NCBI GenBank assembly: GCA_027593235.1
Contig: JAQCIU010000051.1
Location: 1 to 16,792, forward strand
Length of the DNA: 16,792 nt
Origin: Chloroflexota bacterium
Lineage (GTDB): Bacteria > Chloroflexota > Dehalococcoidia > UBA2979
Reading direction: 5' to 3'
Below, piece by piece: positions 7,208-15,582 of the stretch. Position 1 is the stretch's first letter. Each line of letters starts with the position of its first letter. Both the position numbers and the translations under genes were made by a program. The notes beneath the pieces are model-generated. The model saw only the letters and a list, made by a program, of their open reading frames with translations. It searched no databases and was not told the origin of the DNA.

Positions 7208-9907
7208 TCACTCCACGCCGTACGCGAGCACGGCGGTCCACTCCTCGATGCCACCGCGCCGCGCGGGCGGTGAAAAGCCGCGCGGCCGGTAGCGGTCGGG
7301 GTTCACCGTCGCGGCGTGCAGGTACGCGGTCAGGGTGCCGATCCGGCGGGTGCGCGCCTCGGCGATCAGCAGATCGAGCAACGCATCGATCGCGTCATCG
7401 CGGGTGCTGTCGGAGAGAGCGGTGATCTCGAGGTCGGCGCGGCGACCATCTGGATCAGCACCGAGCCGTCCGATGCCGACCAGACGCCGGCCCTCGATCA
7501 CCGCGAGCAGCAGTTCTCGGTCGTAGTCGATCTGCGTGATACGGGCAGCCGAGTCATGTGACAGATCGGCGACCGGTCCGAGGAAGCGCGGATGCGCCGT
7601 CTCCGGATCCAGCTCGGGAATCGCCTCCCGGATCAGCAGTTCATCCTCCGGACGGATCGGTCGGAGCGTCATCGGTCGCTTGGCGATCACCACCGCGCGA
7701 GCCAGGTGCTGTGGGTACGGGCGGATCGCCAGCGGCGTGGACCGCCCCTCCGCCGAGACGCGGATCCTGGCGTCGAGCGCGAGCACGCCGTCCGCATCAG
7801 CCAGCAGCGGATTGATGTCCAATTCGACGATCTCCGGTCGGTCCACAACCAGATCGGACAGGCGCACGAGCGTCTCGGCGATCGCCTGACGGTCAGCAGG
7901 CGCACGGTCCCGGTAGCCGGCTAGCAGCCGGGAGGCGCGAGTCTCATCGATCAGCCGCTGGGCGAGGGCCACGTTGAGCGGCGGCAAGGCAAGCGCGCTG
8001 TCACCAATCACCTCGGTCGCCGTCCCGCCGTGTCCGAAGAGCAGCACGGGGCCGAACTGGGCATCCGTCGTCATGCCGAGGATCAGCTCGCGCGCCCCGG
8101 GTCGATGCACCATCGGCTGCACCGTGAAGCCCTCGAGGACGGCCTCCGGATCGGCGCTGCGTACCCGTTCGTACATCCGTCGCGCCGCGTCGCGCGCGGC
8201 GTCCGCGCTTCCGAGGTCAAGCGCCACGCCACCCACGTCGCTCTTGTGGGTGATCTGCGGCGACAGGATCTTCACCACCACCGGGTAGCCAAGGCGCTCC
8301 GCCTCGACGGTGAGTTCATCGAGGTTGTGGACGACGACCGTCTCCACCGTCGGGATCCCGTACGCGGCCAGCACCTGCTTCGCTTCGACCTCGCTCAGCC
8401 ACTCCCGATCCTCGGAGATCGCGCCGGCCACCACTGCTTCCGCCGCCACGCGGTCCGGCGGCGTGTCGGAGACAAGCGCGGGCGGGGTCTCCAGCAACTG
8501 GGCGCGGGCGCGGGCGTGACGAACGCGATGCATGAACGCGCGCACGGCCTCCTCGGGCGTCTCGAAGACGGCGATCCCGTGTTGATCGATCAGCCGCCGT
8601 GCGCGCACCGCCTCGGCACTGTCGCCGATCCACGCACCGATCACCGGCACGCCTCGGCCATCGGCACCCGGCTCGGCGTCGTCGCCGCGCAGCTCATCCA
8701 GCGCCGCAACGACCGCCTCCGCCGCCTCGTAGCTCGAGGCCACTGCCGTGGGACAGTTCACAACCAGCACCGCGTCGGTCTCCGGATCGGCGAGCACGTA
8801 TTCGATCGCCTTCACGTACCGCTGGCCCGGGGCGTCGCCGATGATGTCGACCGGGTTGGCGTGACTCCATGTCGCCGGCAGCACGCGGTCAAGCGCGCTC
8901 ACCGTCGACGCATCCAGATCGGCGAGCCGGCCGCCCTCTTCAATCAGCGCGTCGGTGGCCAGTACACCGAAGCCGCCACCATTCGTAATGATCGCCAGCC
9001 GATCGCCGTGCGGCTCCACGTCGTCCGCCAGCACCTCGGCAGCCTCAAACAGCTCCCGAAGCGTGGTCACGCGAAGCATGCCGGCGCGGCGGAAGGCGGC
9101 GTCGTAGACGGCGTCGCTCCCCGCGAGGGCGCCGGTGTGTGACGCGGCCGCGCGTGCGCCCTCGGCGTGGCGCCCGGCCTTCATCACGATCACTGGCTTC
9201 ACGCGCGCCGCCGCTCGCGCGGCGGACATGAACTTGCGGGCGTTCGTCACCGCCTCGACGTACAGCAGGATCGCAGTCGTCCCGGGATCCGCGGCGAGGT
9301 AGTCGAGCATGTCGCCAAAGTCGACGTCCGCCATGTCGCCGATCGACACGAGGTGCGAGAAGCCAACGCCGCGCGGCTGCGCCCAGTCGACCACGCCGAC
9401 GATCACCGCGCCCGACTGCGCCACAAACGCGAGCCCACCATCGGCGACCGGCACGTGCACGAAACTCGCGTCGAGGCCGAGGCGCGGGATCACCAGCCCC
9501 ACGCAGTTCGGCCCGACCACCCGCAGCAGATGCGGACGCGCCGCCTCGAGGACCGCGCGTCGCCGCTCCGCGCCCACCTCGTCGCCGCCCTCGCCAAACC
9601 CCGCCGTGATCACGACGGCGCCACGCGTACCGCGCGCGCCGAGTTCGGCGATCAGCCCGGCGACGGCATCCGGCGGTGTCGCGATGATCGCGAGGTCCGG
9701 CGCCTCCAGGAGCGACGCCACGTCCGGGTAGCTCGCCTGGCCCTCGATCTCTCCGCCGCCCGGGTGCACAAAGTCGAGCCGACCTCGGAAGCCGGCGCGG
9801 CGCATGTTGCGCGCCAGCAGTTGGCCCAGCGATCCGGGACGCGGGCTCGCGCCGATCAGGGCGACCGACTGCGGGCCAAAGAGCGCGTCGAGGTTACGAA
9901 TGGTCAT
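7208..9907 (-). CDS. Bifunctional NDP-forming acetate/acyl-CoA ligase family protein with C-terminal GNAT-like domain (Pat/YfiQ architecture)
   Basis: CoA-binding VALIGAS, GPNCVG, AQSGA, SHTGALAG, ITNGGG and NPVDIIGDA; ATP-grasp YPVVVKILSPQITHKSDVGGV and ELDINPL..ALDARI; C-terminal LRPIRPEDE...TQIDYDRE. Confidence 0.93.
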   Translation of the reverse strand: MTIRNLDALFGPQSVALIGASPRPGSLGQLLARNMRRAGFRGRLDFVHPGGGEIEGQASYPDVASLLEAPDLAIIATPPDAVAGLIAELGARGTRGAVVITAGFGEGGDEVGAERRRAVLEAARPHLLRVVGPNCVGLVIPRLGLDASFVHVPVADGGLAFVAQSGAVIVGVVDWAQPRGVGFSHLVSIGDMADVDFGDMLDYLAADPGTTAILLYVEAVTNARKFMSAARAAARVKPVIVMKAGRHAEGARAAASHTGALAGSDAVYDAAFRRAGMLRVTTLRELFEAAEVLADDVEPHGDRLAIITNGGGFGVLATDALIEEGGRLADLDASTVSALDRVLPATWSHANPVDIIGDAPGQRYVKAIEYVLADPETDAVLVVNCPTAVASSYEAAEAVVAALDELRGDDAEPGADGRGVPVIGAWIGDSAEAVRARRLIDQHGIAVFETPEEAVRAFMHRVRHARARAQLLETPPALVSDTPPDRVAAEAVVAGAISEDREWLSEVEAKQVLAAYGIPTVETVVVHNLDELTVEAERLGYPVVVKILSPQITHKSDVGGVALDLGSADAARDAARRMYERVRSADPEAVLEGFTVQPMVHRPGARELILGMTTDAQFGPVLLFGHGGTATEVIGDSALALPPLNVALAQRLIDETRASRLLAGYRDRAPADRQAIAETLVRLSDLVVDRPEIVELDINPLLADADGVLALDARIRVSAEGRSTPLAIRPYPQHLARAVVIAKRPMTLRPIRPEDELLIREAIPELDPETAHPRFLGPVADLSHDSAARITQIDYDRELLLAVIEGRRLVGIGRLGADPDGRRADLEITALSDSTRDDAIDALLDLLIAEARTRRIGTLTAYLHAATVNPDRYRPRGFSPPARRGGIEEWTAVLAYGVE

Positions 9908-10773
9908 GGGCGACTCCCGGCGGTGATGGTACGTGCGACCGTCACGAGCAGCAGCGAGGCGAACGTCAGGAGGAACGAGGGACCTCGGGGGCTATCGGGG
10001 TCCTCGAGATCGGCGTTGCCCGCGGCGGAGGGCGCTGGGGCGCCGACGGTGTAAATGACGCTCGCCCGAGGGAAGTCGGTGGGTGTACCCCTCGCGTCGG
10101 TCACCACGAAAGCGTGAATGGCGAACTGTTGAGGTTCGCGACACGTACGACCGCCGAAGAAGTTCGGGGTCGAGGAGAACCGCCCGGCCGAGTCGCTGGT
10201 GGTCCGGTCAATCTCCGCTAGTTCGTGGGCAAACGCGTCGGCGGCGCCGACTCCAATACTGATGCCGGCGTTCGGCGGGAAGCCCTCGCCGAGGATGGTG
10301 ATCGAGCCGGGAACACAATCGGCGCCCGACGATGGGAAGAGGTTGATCTTCCCGGGCTTGTCGATCGTTCGATAGCCGGCGGTGACCTCGAAGGGCGCGT
10401 CGAGCGAGCCGAGAAAGTCGCCGTCGACAACACCTCGCGCGACGAACGTGAGCGTGTCGCCGTCAACGCAGTCGGCCGAAAACAGGTCGAACCTCTCCAG
10501 GCGAACCAGACCATTGGCAGGCGTCGGGACACGCCGCAGCTCGATGAACGCGCGGTCATCGATCCGGCCGATGGCAACCTCCTCGGAGTCTGCGAAGCCC
10601 GACGCGATTACGACAACGTCCGCTTGGCAGGTGCTCTCGCGCTCGTTTGGAATCGAGCCGACCAACAGCTCCCAGTCCTCGTGGCCATCTGCCGCAGCGG
10701 GAACCGGCATCGCCGCGACCAACGCCGCGACAACGGCGGCAACCAGCAGCGGTAAGTTTCGGGACAGCTTCAT
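9904..10773 (-). CDS. Secreted/surface-anchored hypothetical protein with two beta-sandwich-like repeats and a C-terminal TM anchor
   Basis: Signal peptide MKLSRNLPLLVAAVVAALVAAMPVPAAA from ATG 10773. Two segments with a C..v.v.gxGF....v.I...t.a.G.f...C pattern. Tail PSAAGNA followed by a hydrophobic helix. 4-nt ATGA overlap with the next gene. Confidence 0.75.
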   Translation of the reverse strand: MKLSRNLPLLVAAVVAALVAAMPVPAAADGHEDWELLVGSIPNERESTCQADVVVIASGFADSEEVAIGRIDDRAFIELRRVPTPANGLVRLERFDLFSADCVDGDTLTFVARGVVDGDFLGSLDAPFEVTAGYRTIDKPGKINLFPSSGADCVPGSITILGEGFPPNAGISIGVGAADAFAHELAEIDRTTSDSAGRFSSTPNFFGGRTCREPQQFAIHAFVVTDARGTPTDFPRASVIYTVGAPAPSAAGNADLEDPDSPRGPSFLLTFASLLLVTVARTITAGSRP

Positions 10774-10780
10774 CGCACGG

Positions 10781-10789
10781 ATTGTGGCA
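10781..10789 (-). promoter_or_regulatory. Extended -10 (TGcCACAAT) 7 nt upstream of ATG 10773; probable leaderless promoter
   Basis: Minus strand reads gtgccacaat-ccgtgcg-ATG, with no SD sequence. Confidence 0.5.
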
Positions 10790-10869
10790 CGGGGAGGGAC
10801 GCACCGTGTCCAGAACACATCTGCCGGTACCACTGCCCAGCCCCACGCGCTCAATCGGCTGCAAGATCA

Positions 10870-10897
10870 GCAGGGCCCCGCTGACGCGGGGCCTTGC
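10870..10897 (-). terminator. GC-rich hairpin, putative intrinsic terminator
   Basis: GCAGGGCCCCGC-TGAC-GCGGGGCCTTGC: 12-bp stem with one imperfect pair, 24 nt after the stop at 10922. U-tail is weak. Confidence 0.65.
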
Positions 10898-10921
10898 CGA
10901 TTGCCCGAGCGACCGGGACTG

Positions 10922-11731
10922 CTAGATCGAGATACCGGTGCTGGACCGGGTGGCGGTCCCCTCCGCATCCGGTGTGGTGCTCGGTGCGGCGTGTGGACCG
11001 AAGCGTCCGACCCCGCCGAATTCCGACCCGTGACCGAAGCCCGAGCCGCCGCGGAATCCACCACGGCCACCGAAGCCACCGAAGGTGCCGAACGTCGAGC
11101 TCCGCAGGGTCTCCGCCTGGTCCTCCGTGATGTCCCCGGCGGCCAGCGCTTCGTCGATCTGGGCGTCGCGCGCCTCGACGATCGCCGCCTGCACGGCGAC
11201 GGGATCGAGGGCGTCGATCAGATCGCGAACCGTGCCGTCCTCGGCCGCCGCGTCGAACTGATCGGCGGTCATCGCGAGGAGACCGGCGTAGATGCCGCGC
11301 AGGTCGATGCGAATCCGGATCGAAGCGGAGTGCAGGCCATCGAGGTCCTCGCGATCGAACTCCTCGAGCGTGCCGAACCGGCCGCCGAATGAGCCGCCGA
11401 AGGCGCCGAGCGCGCCATCACCGAGGTCGAGTTCGTTCAGGCGTTCGGCCTGTTCCGCCGTGATCGTGCCGTCCGCCAGTGCCTGCGCGATGATCGCATC
11501 CAGCTCCGCGCCGTAAGCCTCAGAGAGCTGGTTCAGCGTCAGGTCGCCGACGAGCGTGCGGAGCGTGCCATCCTCGCGGGCCTGTTCCACCTCATCCGAG
11601 GTGATCCCAAGCGCCCGCGCGAGTACGTCCGCGCGGTCGACGAGGCCGCCCGGATGCGCCCACGCGACACCGGTGATCGCCAGTGCGACGATCCCGCCGA
11701 TGATCGCTGCCCATGTTCTGGTTCGAGGCAT
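10922..11731 (-). CDS. Secreted hypothetical protein with two helical repeats (ALAxGxITxxQAE) and Gly/Phe-rich segments
   Basis: Signal peptide ending AWA-H, internal duplication with ~110-aa offset, SD GAAGGGAAG, and a downstream hairpin. Confidence 0.85.
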   Translation of the reverse strand: MPRTRTWAAIIGGIVALAITGVAWAHPGGLVDRADVLARALGITSDEVEQAREDGTLRTLVGDLTLNQLSEAYGAELDAIIAQALADGTITAEQAERLNELDLGDGALGAFGGSFGGRFGTLEEFDREDLDGLHSASIRIRIDLRGIYAGLLAMTADQFDAAAEDGTVRDLIDALDPVAVQAAIVEARDAQIDEALAAGDITEDQAETLRSSTFGTFGGFGGRGGFRGGSGFGHGSEFGGVGRFGPHAAPSTTPDAEGTATRSSTGISI

Positions 11732-11944
11732 ACCGCTTCCCTTCGCTCGGTGGAGCGTCGGGTCAACCGTAGGATCCGGGGCATAAGGTCCGTGTAAGAC
11801 GGCCCTTGTTCCCTAGGCACGTTCCGCACCAGCGACGAACGTTAACGAAGAACCCCGAAAATCCGATTCGTCCCGACGCCGTGCCCGGCGCGGATCGGTA
11901 GGCTGGAATGAACGCACTCGTGGAACGAGGACCGCCCCCTCCCC

Positions 11945-14044
11945 ATGCCTGATATCACCCCGAACATCGCGCGCGATCCGGCTCCTGAGCCGCCGCTGCC
12001 GTTCGCCGAGATCGAACTCAACGATCCGGAGCTGTACGAGAATCGCGAGCTGAGCTGGCTGGACTTCAACGATCGCGTGTTCGCCGAAGCGCGCGATCCG
12101 CGCAACCCGCTGCTGGAGCGGGTGAAGTTCCTGGCGATCACTGCCAGCAACCTGGACGAGTTCTACTCGAAGCGTCTGGGCTGGCTGAAACGCCAGATGG
12201 AGAACGATCCCCACGTCCGCACGGTGGACGGCCTGACGATCCGCGAGCAGCTCCAGCTCGTCCGCGACCGCTGCGAGGCCACCAGCAACGCGCTCAACGA
12301 GGTCTGGGCGCGCGATCTGCGGCCGGCACTCGCCGAGAACGGCGTCCGGATCGTGCGCTACGCCGATCTGGACGAGGAACTCCGCGAGGAGTTGCGCGAC
12401 TATTTCGTGCGCGCGGTCTTCCCGGTGCTCACGCCGCTGGTGGTCGACCCCTCGCATCCGTTCCCGTTCATCTCCGGCGGCAGTCTCTCGTTGGCCCTCG
12501 GGGTCCGTGACCCGCACCAGACCTGGCACTTCGCCCGCGTCAAGGTGCCGGACAACCGCCCGCGCTTCATCGATGTCGGCGATGGCCGCTTCGTCCCAAT
12601 CGAGGAACTGATCGGGGCGCACCTGGAGATGCTTTTCACCGGCGCTGAGGTTTCGCCCTGGCAGGTCGTCCGCGTCCTCCGCAGCGCGGTCGTCGGGGGC
12701 CCCGGCGAGGAAGCCGAGGATCTGCGCGACCTGATCGAGAGTGAGCTCCGCCTCCGCCGCTTCGCGGAGGCCGTGGTGATCGAGGTGGACAGCAACCTCC
12801 CCGCGAATCGGCTGGAGTTGCTGCTCGAGGAACTCGAGCTCGAGGAAGATGACGTGGTGCGACTGGATCACTTCGTCGGGCTCGCCGATCTGATGGAGAT
12901 CGCATCGCTGCCGATGGGCTCGCTGTCGTTCCCTCCGTTCACCCCGGAGATCCCGTCGGCCTTCCTGCACGTCGAAGACGACCGCACCTTCTTCGCCACC
13001 CTCCGTAGCCGCGACGTGATGGTCCACCACCCCTACGAGTCATTCGACGCCTCGGTCGCTCGCTTCGTGGAAGAGGCCTCGCGCGACCCCAGCGTGCTCG
13101 CGATCAAACAGACGCTGTACCGCACCTCGCCAGACTCGCCGCTCCTGCGCTCGCTGATCGACGCGGCCGGCCGCGGCAAGCAGGTGGCGGTGGTCGTCGA
13201 GTTGAGCGCGCGGTTCGACGAGGCCAACAACCTCGAATGGGCACGGCGGCTGGAGGACGCTGGCGTGCACATCGCCTACGGCTCACCATCGATGAAGGTC
13301 CACAGCAAGATCTCGTTGGTTGTGCGCGAGGAGCCCAGCGGTCTCAAGCTCTACTGCCACATCGGTACCGGAAACTACAACTCCCGGACCGCGCGGGTGT
13401 ACACGGACTTCGGGCTGTTCACCGCCGATCCGGCGATCTGCGCGGATCTCCTGGCGGTGTTCAATGATCTGACCGGCTTCTCCCGCGAGCCGGCGACGAC
13501 CACGCTCCTCGTTGCGCCGTTCAACCTGCGGACGGAGTTGGAAGCACGCGTCCGCCGCGAGATCGAGCACGCGCGCGCTGGGCGTCCGGCGCGGTTGATC
13601 TTCAAGATGAACGCCCTGGAGGACACGCGCTTCACACAGCTCCTTTACGAGGCCTCGCGAGCCGGCGTGCAAGTGGATCTGATCGTCCGCGGGATCTGCC
13701 GCCTGCGACCCGGGGTGCCCGGGCTGAGCGACAACGTGCGCGTGGTGAGCGTGATCGGCCGGTTCCTGGAACATTCCCGCATCTACGCCTTCGAGAACGA
13801 CGGCAGCCCCGAGTACTTCATCGGCAGCGCCGACATCATGAATCGGAACCTCGACGAGCGGATCGAGGTGCTCACCCCGATCAACGCGCCGGCGCTCCAG
13901 GAGCAGCTTCGCGACACCCTGGAGCTGCTGCTCGCCGACCGGCGCCAGGCATGGCAACTCATCGACCGCACCTGGACGCGCGATGAGACCAGTGACTCGA
14001 TCGGCGTCCAGGCCACGCTGCTCGCGGCCGCGCCCTTCAGCTAG
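11945..14044 (+). CDS. ppk1: Polyphosphate kinase 1
   Basis: NRELSWLDFNDRV, SNLDEF, HPFPFIS, HHPYESF, IKQTLYRT, ARFDEANN, KVHSK (phospho-His), HIGTGNYN, KMNAL, RFLEHSR and GSADIM.RNL..RIE motifs. Confidence 0.98.
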   Translation: MPDITPNIARDPAPEPPLPFAEIELNDPELYENRELSWLDFNDRVFAEARDPRNPLLERVKFLAITASNLDEFYSKRLGWLKRQMENDPHVRTVDGLTIREQLQLVRDRCEATSNALNEVWARDLRPALAENGVRIVRYADLDEELREELRDYFVRAVFPVLTPLVVDPSHPFPFISGGSLSLALGVRDPHQTWHFARVKVPDNRPRFIDVGDGRFVPIEELIGAHLEMLFTGAEVSPWQVVRVLRSAVVGGPGEEAEDLRDLIESELRLRRFAEAVVIEVDSNLPANRLELLLEELELEEDDVVRLDHFVGLADLMEIASLPMGSLSFPPFTPEIPSAFLHVEDDRTFFATLRSRDVMVHHPYESFDASVARFVEEASRDPSVLAIKQTLYRTSPDSPLLRSLIDAAGRGKQVAVVVELSARFDEANNLEWARRLEDAGVHIAYGSPSMKVHSKISLVVREEPSGLKLYCHIGTGNYNSRTARVYTDFGLFTADPAICADLLAVFNDLTGFSREPATTTLLVAPFNLRTELEARVRREIEHARAGRPARLIFKMNALEDTRFTQLLYEASRAGVQVDLIVRGICRLRPGVPGLSDNVRVVSVIGRFLEHSRIYAFENDGSPEYFIGSADIMNRNLDERIEVLTPINAPALQEQLRDTLELLLADRRQAWQLIDRTWTRDETSDSIGVQATLLAAAPFS

Positions 14045-14129
14045 CTCGGAACCAGCGGTCAGAGGTGGTCCACAGGCGGGGGGCGCAAATCTGAGGGACC
14101 CAGCTCCCGCCGGTGTGCCCACTGTGCCC

Positions 14130-14150
14130 GAACTGACAGTTCCCTGTAAT
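14130..14150 (+). promoter_or_regulatory. Palindrome GAACTG-A-CAGTTC abutting a putative -10 (TGTAAT, 14145-14150)
   Basis: Perfect 6-bp inverted repeat at 14130-14142 in the ppk1-EAL intergenic region. Confidence 0.45.
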
Positions 14151-14262
14151 GGAAGATGAAGCATCCGCTGCCCTTCGTAGGTTCGCCGGATCGACCGACG
14201 ATCTACGAGCACTGCCAGCATGAAGCTCCGGCAGAGACGGCCACGGATGGCCGAGGTAGTCG

Positions 14263-15537
14263 ATGCAGTCCGGTTTACCGGTCTCCGCGCTCATGGCCGC
14301 CGATGACGCCCGCGAGGTGCCGTTTTTCATCGCGCGCCAGCCGATCTACAACCGCAGGCGGAAGCTCCACGCTTATGAGCTGCTGTTCCGAGGGCAGGAG
14401 ACCGCGGGCACCGCGGACTTCCTGGACGGCAACTCGGCGACGGCACAGCTCATCACACAGGGCGCCTGGCTGGGCAACCTCCGAGCACTCTCCGGCGGCC
14501 GCCCACTCTTCATCAATTTCACCCGCGATCTGCTGGTAAACGGCAGCGCCGCGCTGCTCGATCCGCGTTCCTTCGTCATCGAGGTGCTGGAGGATGTTCC
14601 GCCGGAGCCCGCTGTGCTCAAGACCTGCGCCGCCCTCCTCGAAGCGGGCTTCCGCGTCGCGGTCGACGATGTCGTCGACGTCGAACGCCTGATGGCCTTC
14701 GAGGGGGTGACCTCACTGGTCAAGGTCGACCTCATGGCGACGGATCGCGACACGGTCGAGGCGATCGCTCGAGAGGCCAAGCGCCAGCGCATCGAACTCC
14801 TCGCGGAGAAGGTAGAAACCCAGGAGGATCTGGACGTCACCAGCGCGCTCGGCTTCCACTACTTCCAGGGCTTCTTCCTCAGCCGCCCGGAGTCCGTGAA
14901 GCGTTCCGCGCTGCCCGGACTCAAGCCGATCCACGTGAAGCTCCTCGATATCGTGAGCCGCCCGAACCTCGATGTTGACGAGGTCGCACGCACCGTCGAG
15001 GCCGATCCGTCGCTCACCTACATGCTGCTCCGTCGGGCCAACGCGGCGTCGCTCGCGCTGAATCGCCGCATCAGCTCAATGCGCGACGTGGTCGTGCTCT
15101 TCGGGCACGACGAGATTCGCCGATCCGCCACTTTCGTGGTGATGGGCGCCATCGTCGGCGGTTCGGATCAGCTGCTCCACCAGAGCGTCACGATTGCGCG
15201 CTTCTGCGACAACATCAGCCAGAAGCTCAAGATGCCACCCGCGCAGTGTTTCGATTTCTACCTCGTCGGGTTGCTCTCCAACGTAGATGCGCTGCTCGGC
15301 GAGCCGATGCGACAGGCGCTGAAGCGCATGCCGTTGGCCCCGCAAGTCGTCGCGGCGCTCGCGTACCAGGAAGGCGCCCCGGCGGCGGCGCTTGGCCTCG
15401 CCCGCGCCTACATGCAGGGCGAGTGGGACGCGGTTCGTCGCTATCGCGAGACGCTCGGCCTCGCTGAAGACGATGTTCCGCCGCTCTACCTCGATGCGGT
15501 CGAGCGCGCGGACGAGGCGATGGCCACTACCCGCTAA
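14263..15537 (+). CDS. EAL and modified HD-GYP (HDOD) domain protein, YuxH/PdeH-like c-di-GMP phosphodiesterase
   Basis: IARQPI, AYELLFR, FINFT, IEVLE, AVDD, VKVD, AEKVET and FQGF motifs, then HDOD (DPSLTYMLLRRAN, YLVGLLS, Y.QGEW). SD GAGGT before ATG 14263. Confidence 0.93.
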   Translation: MQSGLPVSALMAADDAREVPFFIARQPIYNRRRKLHAYELLFRGQETAGTADFLDGNSATAQLITQGAWLGNLRALSGGRPLFINFTRDLLVNGSAALLDPRSFVIEVLEDVPPEPAVLKTCAALLEAGFRVAVDDVVDVERLMAFEGVTSLVKVDLMATDRDTVEAIAREAKRQRIELLAEKVETQEDLDVTSALGFHYFQGFFLSRPESVKRSALPGLKPIHVKLLDIVSRPNLDVDEVARTVEADPSLTYMLLRRANAASLALNRRISSMRDVVVLFGHDEIRRSATFVVMGAIVGGSDQLLHQSVTIARFCDNISQKLKMPPAQCFDFYLVGLLSNVDALLGEPMRQALKRMPLAPQVVAALAYQEGAPAAALGLARAYMQGEWDAVRRYRETLGLAEDDVPPLYLDAVERADEAMATTR

Positions 15538-15582
15538 CGCGGCGTCACCGGCACCGTACCGCGCCGTTTCGCGTACCCGCGG

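Noticed and set aside
10774-10854. Upstream start of the 316-aa ORF at 10854
   Set aside because: The signal peptide begins at ATG 10773 and a -10 element lies within the extension.
11832-11850. CGTTAACG palindrome upstream of ppk1 as a Pho box
   Set aside because: There is no 11-bp-phased repeat of a recognisable Pho-box consensus.
14067-14112. c-di-GMP-I riboswitch (GGGCGCAAA upstream of an EAL gene)
   Set aside because: It lacks the upstream GGCAAA stem with GNRA tetraloop and the receptor-bearing second stem. An Rfam scan would settle it.
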